The notes: a model not told the origin generated them from the sequence alone. Numbered from the stretch's first letter, positions 11,132 to 22,300 are shown. The stretch is 64,000 nt of DNA from an uncultured Acidobacteriaceae bacterium (GCA_963751225.1 CAVVTY010000022.1:1570-65569); one strand, 5' to 3'. Numbers and translations: made by a program.

Positions 11132-11163
11132 GGACGGGCCGCGCTTGTTTCCGCGTGCGGAGT

Positions 11164-12210
11164 CTACTTCGATTCGCCGTCGGTGCGCAGGGCGGCGTGC
11201 GGCCAGCCGCCTTCCCATGTGATCGTCGAGATCTGAAGCGCGGGTTTGCCGGTGATGGCGTCGTAAGCGTGAAACACGAGGTAGTCGCCGTCAGGCTGCT
11301 GCAATACTGACTCGCCGCCCGGCCCGAGCCATCGGCTGTTGCCCGCAAGCAGTTGTGTACCGCCGCCTTCAGGCATCGGCTTGCCGTCTGCATCCACATA
11401 GGGTCCGGTTACGTTTTTTGACCGGCCGACCATGATGCGATAGGTGCTGCGCGTTCCGCGACAACAGAGATCGAATGACACGAACAAGTAGTAAAAGCCT
11501 CCGTGGCGCACGATGAACGGCGCTTCGATGGCCTGCCAGTCCGCCGGCAGGCCGGGCTTTGCCGGGGCTGCGTTCTCTGGCTGGGCGCGCGCCGCCAGCG
11601 CATAGGTCTTGCTGTCTTTGGTTGAGAGCTTGCCGGTCTTCGCATCGAGGCGGCGCATCTTGATGCCGCTCCAGAAGCTGCCAAAGCTGAGCCACGGCCG
11701 GCCTTTGCTATCGAGAACGATGTTCGGGTCAATGGCATTGAAGTCGTCCCCTGCAACGGACTTCAGCACGAGGCCTTCGTCTTTCCAGCGATATTTCGGG
11801 CTGTTGGGATCCAACGTCTCGTTGGTGGCGAGCGCGATACCGGATGTATTCACGCCGAAGGACGAGTAGGCGTAATAGAGGTGATACTTGCCCTCGAAGA
11901 AAGAAATGTCAGGAGCCCAGAGGGCCTTTGTCTTGGGGCTGGCATCCTGAATCCACGCCGGGACCTGGTCGAATACATGCCCGCAGCGCTTCCACTCCAG
12001 CAGATCCGTCGAGCAGCGAATGGGAAACTGGCCTTCGTCGCGCGCGGTCGCAGTGGTGAAAACGTAGTAGGTGCCGCCCTCCCGGGCAATCGACGGATCG
12101 TGCGCATGAGGATAGTCCCCGGTGAGAGGCAGCGCACGCGGCGCCTGCGGAAGGACCGGTTGCGCCAGAACGCATGTGAGAGCGGTCGCGAGCCAGTTGT
12201 GAAGATGCAT
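11164..12210 (-). CDS. GH43 arabinan endo-1,5-alpha-L-arabinosidase, exported
   Basis: AHDPSI, WAPDI, NAIDP, SFGSFWSGIK, IEAPFI, GPGG motifs. Confidence 0.9.
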   Translation of the reverse strand: MHLHNWLATALTCVLAQPVLPQAPRALPLTGDYPHAHDPSIAREGGTYYVFTTATARDEGQFPIRCSTDLLEWKRCGHVFDQVPAWIQDASPKTKALWAPDISFFEGKYHLYYAYSSFGVNTSGIALATNETLDPNSPKYRWKDEGLVLKSVAGDDFNAIDPNIVLDSKGRPWLSFGSFWSGIKMRRLDAKTGKLSTKDSKTYALAARAQPENAAPAKPGLPADWQAIEAPFIVRHGGFYYLFVSFDLCCRGTRSTYRIMVGRSKNVTGPYVDADGKPMPEGGGTQLLAGNSRWLGPGGESVLQQPDGDYLVFHAYDAITGKPALQISTITWEGGWPHAALRTDGESK

Positions 12211-12739
12211 AAGGCGATCCGGTCTTCGGCTGATATTAGAGTGTCTTGCTACGAGCGAAATCCTACACGCCGTCACGCACACGAGCAACGCAATTGAATG
12301 CGATACCAAGCAAGGAATGGCGGAACGGCCAGGTCTTTTATGCATACGTTACGGGTGGCAATGAACCAGCGGGGTCCGTCGAAGGGAGGGCGTCGGGGTA
12401 CTTAGGAGTAACTTCACGGTTTGCCAGTGATTCGGACGCAGATTTCAAGGCATAAGCTCTACTGCGTGGGGCAGCGTGCCGTGGGAGGGTTCAAGAAGAA
12501 GAGGACTGCGGCAGGCCGGACGAACGAAAGTCGTACTCCGCACGGGACTGAAGTAATCGTCTGGTAGGCACGATGGATGGCTACAATGATCGAACCCCCC
12601 TGGATTCGCGCAGCCTTTGGCTTTGCTCATGCACCGGGCACCACCGGCTCGCAAGTCAACACGCGAAATTGCGCACGATCCGGCCTCTGTTCACACAAGC
12701 CTGCTGTTTTAGACGAGAGTTGGAAAGGACCAAAGATAT

Positions 12740-13309
12740 ATGAAGTACAGCGATAACAGGACGCCGCAGCCAGCTTCTTCCAACACATTTCAACCGTCCG
12801 CCCCATCGCTCGCCGAGATCCCTGGCGCGCAAGCTCGCGCGGCATCTTCCGCGAAAGTGAACCAGCACTCCATGATCGGCAAATCGATCGTGATCAAAGG
12901 CGAGATTGTTGGTTCAGACCCTCTTTACATTGAGGGGTGCGTCGAAGGCTCGATCAACGCGCCGGAGAACCGTGTGACCATCGGAAGAGAAGGCAAGGTG
13001 AAGGCTGACATCAGCGCGCGCGAAGTGGTCATCATGGGCGACGTCTGCGGCAACCTCAATGGCGGTGATCGAGTGGAGATTCGCAGCGATGGTTCACTTA
13101 CAGGAGATTTGACGGCGCATCGCATCTGCATCGAAGACGGAGCATTCTTAAAAGGCGCCATTGATGTCATCCCGACCCGCGCAACTGAAAAATTAGAAGT
13201 GCAGGAGGATTCACATTCAGCTTTGGAACCGGGAGAAGCGACAACTGCGGCGGAACCGGACCTCGATCGCCGGGCCTGGGCGAGCGTGGCAGTACCCGAG
13301 CTTGGCTGA
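12740..13309 (+). CDS. Bactofilin (polymer-forming cytoskeletal protein)
   Basis: SMIGKSIVIKGEI...IEGCVEGSI...IEDGAFLKGAID beta-helix repeats. Confidence 0.9.
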   Translation: MKYSDNRTPQPASSNTFQPSAPSLAEIPGAQARAASSAKVNQHSMIGKSIVIKGEIVGSDPLYIEGCVEGSINAPENRVTIGREGKVKADISAREVVIMGDVCGNLNGGDRVEIRSDGSLTGDLTAHRICIEDGAFLKGAIDVIPTRATEKLEVQEDSHSALEPGEATTAAEPDLDRRAWASVAVPELG

Positions 13310-13393
13310 GAGATTGGGTCAGGTCGTCGAAGGGCGTCCCAATCGGACAATCCTGGCGATAGTGGTCGTTGTTTCAATATCGGAAGGATGAGG

Positions 13394-14567
13394 CTATATC
13401 CGCCGCTTTGCCTCGAGCACGCGTTCCAGCGCTTCTTCGGCTGTTGCGCCGGTCGCGGACAAATGGCCCATCTTCCGCCCTGCACGCGGGGAGAGCTTCT
13501 CGTAGAGATGCAGGCGCACTCCCGGAACGGCGAGTGCAGCCGCAAAGTTTGGCGTCTTGTTGATCCACACGTCGCCGAGCAGATTCACGATGGCTGCCGG
13601 CGTGATCAGCGCCGTGTCGCCCAGGGGCAAATTGCACGTGGTACGGACAAGCTGCTCAAACTGACTGGTGACGCATCCGCGTTCGCTCTGGTGATAGCTG
13701 TTGTGCGGCCGGGGAGCGAGTTCGTTGACGAAGAGGTCGCCCTGCCTGGTGACGAAGACCTCGACGCACAGGAGCCCTTCGATGCCGAGCTTTGCGGAGA
13801 TGGCTGCGGCCAGGGCTTCCGCGCGTGCTTCGTGCTCGGGCGAAACGCCTGCCGGTAACACGCTCCAGTCGAGGATCTGATTTTCATGATGGTTGCGCGC
13901 GGCGGGATAGCTGCGCACTTCGCCGGCGGGATTGCGCGCGGCCATGACACTGATTTCGCAGTCGAGGTCGAGAGCCTGTTCCGCAACAGCGGGTTGGGCG
14001 CCGATGGCGTTCCACGCTTCTGCGACGGATGCTTCGGTGGCAGGAGCGTCCGGGCCGATGCGCGCCTGTCCACGACCGTCGTACCCGCCGCGACCGATCT
14101 TCAGAAAGACACGTCCACCAAGCGCTTGAACCGCCTCATGCAGATCCGCTTCGCTGCGCACCACGCGAAAAGGCCCGACGGGAAAGCCATTTTCCGCGAG
14201 CCACGTCTTCTGGAGAGTCTTGTCCTGGATGATGCGGATGGGCTCGACGCCGGGACGCAGCGGAGCAATGCGCGCGACCTCACTTAGAGCGTCTACGCCG
14301 ATCTGCTCGATCTCCAGCGTCACGGCATCTGCGCCGGTGGCAAGCTTGCGCGCGGCGGCCACATTGTCCCAGCGGCCAACGATGGTTTCATCGACGACGA
14401 AGCTCGCCGGACAGGCCGCGCTCGGGATCCATCACGCGCACGCGATATCCCATGGTGCGCGCAGCCATGGCGGTCATGCGTCCCAGCTGGCCGCCTCCAA
14501 GAATTGCGAGCAGGCCGCCGGGCTGAATGATCGAGGTCTTGTCCGATTGGGAGGAAGCGCTACTCAC
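13394..14567 (-). CDS. purK: N5-carboxyaminoimidazole ribonucleotide synthase (frameshift(s) near 14370-14430)
   Basis: [34 protein letters not shown]; GTG start overlaps the purE stop. Confidence 0.92.
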
Positions 14568-15055
14568 CCGGGAAGCTCCTGATCGAGAACTTCTTTGGTG
14601 CGTGCTGCGCGCCACGCGGCGAGCCGTTCGTAGAGTGAGGCGTCAGTAGCGGCGAGAATCTCGAGTGCGAGCAGCGCTGCATTGGCCGCGCCGGGCTTGC
14701 CGATTGCCAGTGTGCCGACGGGAACTCCCTTCGGCATCTGCACGATCGAGAGCAGGGAATCGAGGCCATTGAGCTGTGTTGCCACGACAGGCACGCCCAG
14801 CACGGGAACCAGCGTCTTGGATGCGAGCATGCCGGGGAGATGTGCGGCGCCGCCCGCTCCCGCGATGATCACGCGCAGGCCGCGCTCGCGGGCCGTCTCG
14901 GCGTATTTGAAGAGCCAGTCAGGCGTGCGATGCGCGCTGACGATGCGCGCTTCATGAGGAATTTCAAATTCGCGCAGAATCTCCACGGCTGCAGAGAGCA
15001 CTTCGTAGTCGCTCTTGCTGCCCATCACCACGCCCACTAACGGCTGATTGCTCAT
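14564..15055 (-). CDS. purE: N5-carboxyaminoimidazole ribonucleotide mutase
   Basis: [38 protein letters not shown]. Confidence 0.97.
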   Translation of the reverse strand: MSNQPLVGVVMGSKSDYEVLSAAVEILREFEIPHEARIVSAHRTPDWLFKYAETARERGLRVIIAGAGGAAHLPGMLASKTLVPVLGVPVVATQLNGLDSLLSIVQMPKGVPVGTLAIGKPGAANAALLALEILAATDASLYERLAAWRAARTKEVLDQELPG

Positions 15056-15109
15056 GGGGCTGATTATACGAGGCAACAGTCCGTGCCTGATCGAGATGAG
15101 AGACCGAGT

Positions 15110-15328
15110 TCAGTGCCTGTGCCAGGCTTCCACGGCTATTTCCACCACGGTCAACAACACGCCGAATGCCGCAAGGAACCCCTTGGCGCGCTGCCAGTTC
15201 TGCTCGTGGCGTTCCATGCGGCGTTCCAGATCAGCAATGCGCCCGCCGTTGCCGTCGCCCATCAAGCCGTTCATTTGCGTCTTGAGCACGCTCAGATCGC
15301 TCAGCACCTGTGCTTCGAATTCATTCAT
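15110..15328 (-). CDS. Small coiled-coil + C-terminal TM protein (holin/XhlA-like)
   Basis: 72 aa, GRIADLERRMERHE coil followed by hydrophobic FLAAFGVLLTVVEIAV; last gene of the phage-like cluster. Confidence 0.5.
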   Translation of the reverse strand: MNEFEAQVLSDLSVLKTQMNGLMGDGNGGRIADLERRMERHEQNWQRAKGFLAAFGVLLTVVEIAVEAWHRH

Positions 15329-15367
15329 CAATCGCATCTATGGAACTCCATGGGATTGTTGTTCCTC

Positions 15368-15545
15368 GTTCCCAGGTCTCAGACCACCCCATGGACGAAG
15401 ACCTGTCCATGGGGACCCCGGCATCGAGACCTGGGGCACCCTCATCATTGTCAGGACCCCACTCAATGCGCAAACAGCGCGCATGAATGGGTCCCCCTGA
15501 GAATGAACCGTCCCACGTCTCAAAGGTGAGACGTGGGGCACCCAA
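15368..15545. repeat. REP-like palindromes (cccaggtctc...gagacctggggcaccc; cccacgtctc...gagacgtggggcaccc); relative near 47983-48022
   Basis: Two related stem-loops ending ggggcaccc. Confidence 0.7.
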
Positions 15546-15549
15546 GTCC

Positions 15550-17865
15550 TTACGAGCCGAGCGGTAAATTAAAGAACAGCGCCGCCGAAAACTCGGAATA
15601 GTTGGGCGGCGTCGATCCGTCGTACATCCTTATGTAGAAGCGGTCGCAGGCCGAGCCACGCGTGAAGGTCATCGTGGGCTGAGAGCCGCGCATCACCAGG
15701 TCAGAGTCCTGACCCGGCATGAAGGCGAAGTCGCGCCGTCGAATCTCAAACCCGCCGCCCGGCGGAGCAGTCGCACCCGTGTTGATGGTGACGCTGCTTC
15801 CGCTGAGCGAGGTGACCGTGAGGCCGCTGAGATTGGCCAGGTAAGTGGGCGCAACCGGAGCCGCCAGCCAGGTGTCCGCGGGAACCGAAGTGCTGGTGCG
15901 GATTGCAAGGTCGTCTGCCCAGTCGTTGGCAAACGCGATCAGATATTCGACTAAGTCTGGATAACTTGCCCGATAAGTCAACCCTACTTTGCGCACAATG
16001 ACCTGTGCATCAAGGTTGGTGGAAGGCGCTGTCAGATGTAGCGCGTCGCCCGGCCAGACGTCCGCAGCAAAGCTTATATTTGTGGCTTTGTAAGTGCCGT
16101 TCCAGAGAGCGCTGACACTGGCTGCAGCCTGTTCAAGCGCGAGCGCCGCATTCCGACAATCCTGCGAGCTGCGCGCGGCGGGACTTGTGACAGAGCCGAT
16201 CCACGCGGCCACCGGCGGTAGTCCAGCCTGCGCGAGCTGCTGCTCGCTGGCCGCGTTGATGGCGCGGCCCACCGCTCTGCCCACGGTGCGATAACTTACT
16301 GCGATCTGCTCGCCAACCGCCGGAGCAAAGCCATTGTTGAAAATGAGCGTGCCGGCACTTTCAATGCGGCATTCCGCGGATTGAGCCGCTGATCCAATGC
16401 GTCGCGTGCGCGGGCTTCCGTTTGCCGGGGTGCTGACGACCCATCCAGAACCGAGGTTTGTCAGATTCAGGGCGCGCATGGTTCCCATCAGGTTCATGCT
16501 GCTGGCCGCGACTACCGCGCAGGCGTGCGGCAAGCTGGTAACCGAGCCTTCGTAAAGTGTCACCGGCATTCCGGCAACGCCGTTCACGAACTCCTGCACC
16601 TCGAACTGGAGCTTTGCAGGGCTCGCGTTTCTCTGACCGCCAACGGTCACCGGGCCGTCGTCGCCGAAGGAGCGATAGACCGAAAGCGCGCGCTCGCATT
16701 CGGGACTGTGCACTCTGACGCGCAGAGCATACTGCCTGGCCGGATTCACGGTGTACTTTGTTCCGTTGGGCACGCCCTGCACGATGGGCTGCAATGCAAC
16801 GGTTCCCGTGCCCTGCTGCGACGTCACCTGAAAGCCGGCCGTGCATGCCGACAGCGTTCCGAGCCCGATAAATAATCCTGCGAGAATCCCCGTGCTGCCG
16901 TTGGCGAGAGTGACGCCGGTCGCTTCCAGCAGAAGAGTGCCTCCCATCTCCACCGGATCGAGCCAGCTGAGCAGCGTGTCTCCATCCGTGCCGCTCCCAC
17001 CTTGCATCTGAAGCCCGTCTGCACCCAGCGAAAAGAAGCCGTATCCGCCCGGATTGCCCCAGACGCGCGCATCAATCCCGCCTTCATTGAAAAGCTCGCG
17101 GATGATGCTCGACTGCGAAGAAGGTAGTAAGTATGGGCTGGCGGCTAAGTTGAACTGGGTTGTAACTCCATCGCCCAAGAAGTACTCAGTAACATAGGCG
17201 ACCGGCTCATGCCCACCGCAGACAGTAATGTCGTTGGCAAGAGCGTGCCCGGCAGGAGCGGCAAGTGAGAGATCTGCAAGTGTAAGGCTTCCGTCGGTCT
17301 CGTTGAGCGAATGGACAGTGGCCGGAATTGCCGAAAGCGATAGCGTGCCGTTGATTGCTCGATAAGCGGCACGCGCTTCCGTTGCAACTTCGCCTGCGGT
17401 CGTGCTCCACGACGCTCCTGAGCGCTGCGCGAAGCCGTTGACCGTGGAGTTAAGCGTCAGTGCCTGTGTGGAGAGATTGGTGGCGCCGGTCTTTGTCACC
17501 AGCGATCTTACAAGTGACCCCGCGGTTGAACCCGCAATGCCTTTGCCCGGAGCCATCGCCACCTGATCCAGCAGCAACTCATCGCTGATTGCCTGAACTG
17601 CGATTCGATAACGAGGGCCCTGCATGCCGAGACCCACATATTCAGGCAACGGCGCAGCGGCGATGTAGCCCGTAAAGAAGCAGGTTCCATCGTCGCCAGT
17701 GATGACAATGCCTTGATTGCGGCTCGGTGAAGCCAGGCTTCCATCTGCAGGCAAGCTCAGCCACAGTTGGCACGTGGAGGGCTCATTCAGCGAGCGCTCA
17801 ATTGCTAACGGATGCGCTGCATCGAGTGCCGAAGTGTAGTCTTGACCCTGAATTGTTATTTTCAT
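15550..17865 (-). CDS. Putative tail-tip/baseplate hub-like protein
   Basis: 771 aa beta-rich protein; N-terminal hub-like ERSLNEPSTCQL...FFTGYI; PGDALHL near the C-terminus; located after the tail tube-like gene. Confidence 0.55.
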   Translation of the reverse strand: MKITIQGQDYTSALDAAHPLAIERSLNEPSTCQLWLSLPADGSLASPSRNQGIVITGDDGTCFFTGYIAAAPLPEYVGLGMQGPRYRIAVQAISDELLLDQVAMAPGKGIAGSTAGSLVRSLVTKTGATNLSTQALTLNSTVNGFAQRSGASWSTTAGEVATEARAAYRAINGTLSLSAIPATVHSLNETDGSLTLADLSLAAPAGHALANDITVCGGHEPVAYVTEYFLGDGVTTQFNLAASPYLLPSSQSSIIRELFNEGGIDARVWGNPGGYGFFSLGADGLQMQGGSGTDGDTLLSWLDPVEMGGTLLLEATGVTLANGSTGILAGLFIGLGTLSACTAGFQVTSQQGTGTVALQPIVQGVPNGTKYTVNPARQYALRVRVHSPECERALSVYRSFGDDGPVTVGGQRNASPAKLQFEVQEFVNGVAGMPVTLYEGSVTSLPHACAVVAASSMNLMGTMRALNLTNLGSGWVVSTPANGSPRTRRIGSAAQSAECRIESAGTLIFNNGFAPAVGEQIAVSYRTVGRAVGRAINAASEQQLAQAGLPPVAAWIGSVTSPAARSSQDCRNAALALEQAAASVSALWNGTYKATNISFAADVWPGDALHLTAPSTNLDAQVIVRKVGLTYRASYPDLVEYLIAFANDWADDLAIRTSTSVPADTWLAAPVAPTYLANLSGLTVTSLSGSSVTINTGATAPPGGGFEIRRRDFAFMPGQDSDLVMRGSQPTMTFTRGSACDRFYIRMYDGSTPPNYSEFSAALFFNLPLGS

Positions 17866-17903
17866 TTGTGCTTTCACTCACCTGGGGATCTTTTCCGGGT
17901 TTC

Positions 17904-18880
17904 TTAGATCAGCGCATTGGGCGCGGGAAGAAAGCTTCGATAACAAAGCACGCGCTCGCCATCCAGCGGATCGGTCACCGGAAGCGCCAGGAAGCACGCC
18001 TTGAGCAATGCCTGTGCGAGGCCGCCCTTGTGCTTGCCGTCAAGCGGTTGGACCGACTCCTCTGCGCCTGCCAGGCTCTGCAATCGTGGATAGTGAAAGA
18101 AGATTCTCTCTCCCTGCGCGCCTGCCATGACGAAGAGAGCCGACCATTCCTGATAGAAAGAGCCACCCTCGCGATCGACGAATCCCGTCACTGACTGCAG
18201 TTTGGTTCCCGCCGCAGGAGCGCCTCCCGGTAAAGGCTGCGGCAAGGGTGAGTCCCGTGCCATTCACCTGAGACACCAGCGCGACGTTGAAGGTGATGCG
18301 CCGGATGTAGTCGACGTCATTGAGCGGCTGACGAAGATATGCGCCAGAGATGGGATCGCCCACGAAGCCCGTTTGTCCGGCGTAATCCGTCATCCACGGC
18401 AACCATCGAGCCCGCCACGAACCTGGCGGCGTCGGCAGCAGCGAGCTGGAGCACGCTTGCCGTGGAGCCGGCCTGCAATGCAACGGCGGAAGCAGCCTGC
18501 GCGCCATCGGCGGCGAGCGCAGCGCCGTTCGCGGGAGCCAGCAGGTTCATGTGCTGCGAGCCGGTGGCCAGTGCCATCGTCAGCTTTGTCCAGCTCAGAA
18601 ACTCGAAGCTGACTTGCGCATCGAGTGTCTCGCGCGCTTGTGCCAGAGTCGCGGCCGGTATGCCGGTCATGATCGGCACGGACTTGCTGCCCGTGCTGCG
18701 TGCGAGTTCCTGGATCGCTCCGAGATCGATCCAGGGAGCGGGCGGGGAATCCAGATCGAACGTGCCCTGCTGCGATGGATCGAAGAGCATGGGTGTCTGC
18801 GCCGCGCGATTCACGGGCGCAAAGTAGGCGCGGGCCTGCCGCGTCACGGGCGCGGGAGATGAAAACCAATTCGCCGCCAT
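17904..18880 (-). CDS. Putative tail tube-like protein (split by frameshifts near 18385 and 18240)
   Basis: WIDLGAI...AQVSFEFLSW...MALATG N-terminus and FFHYPRLQ C-terminus in successive frames; position in the cluster. Confidence 0.45.
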
Positions 18881-19365
18881 TATTCCCCCTGCTCCTGGTA
18901 GCTGTAGACGGTTACCTTCGCCGACCTGCTGACGCGATCGCGCTGCGTCAACATCGGCGCAAATCCCGGCTCACTCCAGAAGATCTGCGTCAACAGCGTG
19001 ACTGGCGGCTGCACGGCATAGTTGAGCTTCGGCGCATTGCATGGCTCCAGCATTGCGACCAGTTCCGCGTCCATCGTGCTGAGTGTTCTGCCGCGATCGA
19101 GTCCGCCGAAGTTTTGCGTACCGCACGTCTGGTAGAGGATTTCGCATTCCTGCGCGACGAGGGTCGAAGCAAGATCGGGATCTGTGCCGAGACCAAGCCA
19201 GCGCAGGACGAAAACGTCCGGCGGCAGCTGGTTGAACGGCGCTTCGGCCTCTTCCACCAAGATGCCTGGCCGGAGCGCACCTCGGATCAACACGGTCCGC
19301 TCGGGATTGATCGAAGCCAGGCGCGCGCGGAGCGCCATATAGAACGAATCTTTTGCATTTTGCAT
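18880..19365 (-). CDS. Putative tail terminator/completion protein
   Basis: 161 aa from MQNAKDSF; size and position; stop overlaps the next start. Confidence 0.45.
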   Translation of the reverse strand: MQNAKDSFYMALRARLASINPERTVLIRGALRPGILVEEAEAPFNQLPPDVFVLRWLGLGTDPDLASTLVAQECEILYQTCGTQNFGGLDRGRTLSTMDAELVAMLEPCNAPKLNYAVQPPVTLLTQIFWSEPGFAPMLTQRDRVSRSAKVTVYSYQEQGE

Positions 19366-19507
19366 GTGGACTCCGTTGAGTTGGCAGTTCACAGTTCTCA
19401 GCTCACAGCGCGCAGAATCGTCCTGCCGCTCGGCGGCTTTTTCGGAGCCTGGAAGCGTGAGCCACCAACTGCGAACTAAGAACTGAGAACTGTGACCTGC
19501 GAACTGT

Positions 19508-19943
19508 CTACAATGCCTGCTGCCGTACTTCGCGCAGCAGCAGCCGGTAGAGATATGCCTGTCCAAACGCCTCGTTGGAGGCGATGGATTCAATCAGGTA
19601 GTCCTGTCCGGACACCGTAACTGCCAGCGTCATGGCGAAGAGAGATTGCGCAGATTCAATGTCAAGCGCGCAAATCTGCTGGGCGATGCTGGATGCCGAA
19701 ACGAGAAGTTCCCATTTTGGCGCATCGCCATCCTGCAACGTGGGTCGCAGCTTTCGCATGACAACCGGGCTTACAACGATCTCTGAAAAGGCGGTTGCCG
19801 TCAGGCCGATTTCCGATTGGTTTGTCGGAGTGTTTGTGCCCAGTGACGCGCAGCAGCGCGCTCGTTCCGGCTACGCTGCGCAACAGCGCATCGGCGAGCA
19901 TCTGAGGCGCGCTTCCCTGTTTTCGTGTTGCAGTGTCGCTCAT
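19508..19943 (-). CDS. Putative head closure protein (frameshift near 19840)
   Basis: Two overlapping ORF pieces; C-terminal GQDYLIESI...LYRLLLR resembles stopper proteins; position. Confidence 0.45.
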
Positions 19944-19946
19944 CGC

Positions 19947-20570
19947 TCACCCCAACCTGTTGGCCACGTAGGGTCGAAGCCATTGCTGCACGGTTTCGTC
20001 CACCAGCGAACTCGAGAAATATTGCATCTGCATCGTGTCGATCCTGGTTTTGCTCGCATTCAAGGCGGGCGTCGATTGCGCATTGCGCACGATCTGCGCA
20101 CAGGCGGTCTTCACGTCGTCGCCAATCACCGCCAGGCCGGCCGTGTAAGTCACGGTTACCTCGTTGTACGGCAGTCCCAGCAAGTTCCAGGGCAGCATGA
20201 GTTCACCGCTGCTTGCGTCGAAATCAACCGAGCTGGGGTCGATCGTTGTCCATTGACCGGGTAACGCGAACGCAAGAGAGATGTCAAAGAGCCCGTTGTC
20301 GACGAGCTCTCCGCGCCGCGGTTTTGCGTAGCGGCCCTCGATGCTCACGATGGGAGAGGCCGCGCTCCCCAGTGGAGTCAGCGGAAGATACGTGAGTCGT
20401 ACCGACTGCGAGCCGCTGGTTAGCCGCAGGCGTTCGGTGTATTGCGTCACGTTCAGATCTGGCCGCCTGCAATAGCTGTTGATCAACGCAGTTGCAGCGG
20501 TCACCCAGTCCGTCGATGTGCCATCCGGCAATCCGTAATTTGGAAAATCCGCCGGCTCGAGATATGCCAT
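19947..20570 (-). CDS. Putative head-tail adaptor/connector protein
   Basis: MAYLEP..., AATALINSYCRR, VTVTYTAG, DVKTACAQIV, WLRPY motifs typical of gp6/gp15-like adaptors; directly after the capsid gene. Confidence 0.7.
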   Translation of the reverse strand: MAYLEPADFPNYGLPDGTSTDWVTAATALINSYCRRPDLNVTQYTERLRLTSGSQSVRLTYLPLTPLGSAASPIVSIEGRYAKPRRGELVDNGLFDISLAFALPGQWTTIDPSSVDFDASSGELMLPWNLLGLPYNEVTVTYTAGLAVIGDDVKTACAQIVRNAQSTPALNASKTRIDTMQMQYFSSSLVDETVQQWLRPYVANRLG

Positions 20571-20690
20571 AACGTTCCTTCTGTACGAGTTCTTGGTTCG
20601 CAGTTCTCAGTTCTAAGTTCACGGTGTTCTGCGCTGCAACGCGTCTTTCGACTGTGAACTATGAACTGAGAACTTGGAACTGGCTGTTGT

Positions 20691-21659
20691 CTACCGATCC
20701 ACGAGTACCTGGTAATGCGCGTAGTTGGCCCCCTTGACCACAATGGCGCCGAACTTCACTGCGACATACTGCTGCGCGAGCGACCCAGGCAGGCCAAGCT
20801 GGAAGATCCGCGGAGTGGGATCGCCGAGCCAGTGATACTCGACCAGGTCCTCGGTTACGATGTAGGCCGGGAGCACCGCGGAGCCCGAACCCGGCGTGCC
20901 CGTGTAGCCAATGCTCCAGTCAGGAACCAGGGGCAGATCGCCCGCCTGCGTCGAGAGCATCTTCACGCTCAGCCCGCCGGTGATCTTGTCGGAGTTGAGC
21001 ACCACGTTGAACTCGGTCTTCATCTCGCGATCGATCAGGTCAAGCAAGACAGGATTGGCATAGATGGCCGTGGGGCGCACGTGGTAGCCATTGCTCGCAA
21101 CCATCTGCGCGACAGCCGACTTGATTCCATCGACAATCGATGCCGAGGTGCCGATGGTGGTGGTGTTTCCGCCGGCCACGATCTGAGAGATCGCGCCCAT
21201 GTACTGCGTCGTTGTGGGCGAGCTGAGGCTTGTGTCGTTGCCATTCCAGAGCGCCACGTCGTGGGTCACCATGACGCCGCTCACCGTGTCGACAAGGTCC
21301 TTCGCCTGCAGATAGGCAAACTGCTGTTGCTGATTGCCCAGTTCGATGTCGAACAGGTTGTAGTTGATCTGCGAGACGATTGCCTTCAGCGGCACACTGC
21401 GCTCCACGCGGGTTGGGTTCACAACCGGGGCCACGATGCTGCGCGGATTCACGAAGCCGGCCGTGCCGGGATTCGGCAGCGCTGTCTCCTCAAAGAATCG
21501 CGACGGATGACCGGTTGCGGGCACCTGCTTGATGCGCTGCCCGAACGGGCTTGATCGACGGCAGATGTCGAAAATCTCTGTCTGATACAGCGGAACCTCG
21601 ACAGCTCCTGGCCCGATAAAGTCAGCAGCCGCGTGAATATCTGTAAAGGATGCGTTCAT
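20691..21659 (-). CDS. Putative major capsid protein (HK97-fold expected)
   Basis: 322 aa after portal-protease-scaffold; DVALWNG, PTAIYANP motifs; strong RBS (ggggagaag). Confidence 0.75.
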   Translation of the reverse strand: MNASFTDIHAAADFIGPGAVEVPLYQTEIFDICRRSSPFGQRIKQVPATGHPSRFFEETALPNPGTAGFVNPRSIVAPVVNPTRVERSVPLKAIVSQINYNLFDIELGNQQQQFAYLQAKDLVDTVSGVMVTHDVALWNGNDTSLSSPTTTQYMGAISQIVAGGNTTTIGTSASIVDGIKSAVAQMVASNGYHVRPTAIYANPVLLDLIDREMKTEFNVVLNSDKITGGLSVKMLSTQAGDLPLVPDWSIGYTGTPGSGSAVLPAYIVTEDLVEYHWLGDPTPRIFQLGLPGSLAQQYVAVKFGAIVVKGANYAHYQVLVDR

Positions 21660-21846
21660 ATGTGCTTCTCCCCTCCATGGGACGATGTGAGCTGCCAGCT
21701 ACTAGCTACTAGCTTTTAGCTTTGTTCAAGGCTTGTCAGGCGAGCGTTGACTTACACGCAAGGATTGCGTGAGTCGATACCCGATGACTCGTTGTCTGGA
21801 TGGCGCCTTTAGCTAGAAGCTGGAAGCCAATAGCTAGGAGCTGTCT

Positions 21847-22245
21847 TTACGCAATTGCCCCCGCGCGCATCAGCTGGCTCTTGACCGCGATGCGTTGTTC
21901 GAGGCTGAGACCGGCGAGCGCCGCGTCGAGCTTGCGCAGGTCTACCGGACCTTCGCCGATGCCGTGCTTGGCGAGCATCTCGGTGGTCGATGCGGGCACA
22001 GTCCGCCGCAGCGGATTCAGCGGTGATTGCGCTTGTGCTGCTTTCAACTCCGCCAACTCGCGCTCCGCAGCGGCGAGCTTTTCGCAGAGCTCGGTCTCAC
22101 GGCGACCCTGATCGATGGTTGCCGAAATCTTCTCCACTTCGCCGGAAAGCGCCGTCTGCCGTTCTTCGATCAGGCTCAGAGTCCTTTCCAGCAGAGTTGC
22201 GGCGGCCTCAAGCCGCTCCGCGATTTTCCTGTCTTCGTGTTCCAT
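21847..22245 (-). CDS. Putative capsid scaffolding protein
   Basis: 132 aa charged coiled coil between protease and capsid; RBS gaaagga. Confidence 0.6.
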   Translation of the reverse strand: MEHEDRKIAERLEAAATLLERTLSLIEERQTALSGEVEKISATIDQGRRETELCEKLAAAERELAELKAAQAQSPLNPLRRTVPASTTEMLAKHGIGEGPVDLRKLDAALAGLSLEQRIAVKSQLMRAGAIA

Positions 22246-22300
22246 GCCATTCCTTTCGTGTTTTTGCCATCGATGTCGAACGCGACTCGCGATGACCCGC

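Noticed and set aside
12211-12739. Possible ncRNA or riboswitch in the long divergent intergenic region
   Set aside because: No recognisable conserved motif by eye; an Rfam cmscan would be needed
15550-20570. Contractile injection system or tailocin
   Set aside because: No sheath or baseplate wedge motifs recognised, and DNA packaging plus head genes are present
19383-21843. CRISPR array
   Set aside because: Repeats are degenerate ~7-mers in inverted clusters, not constant direct repeats with unique spacers
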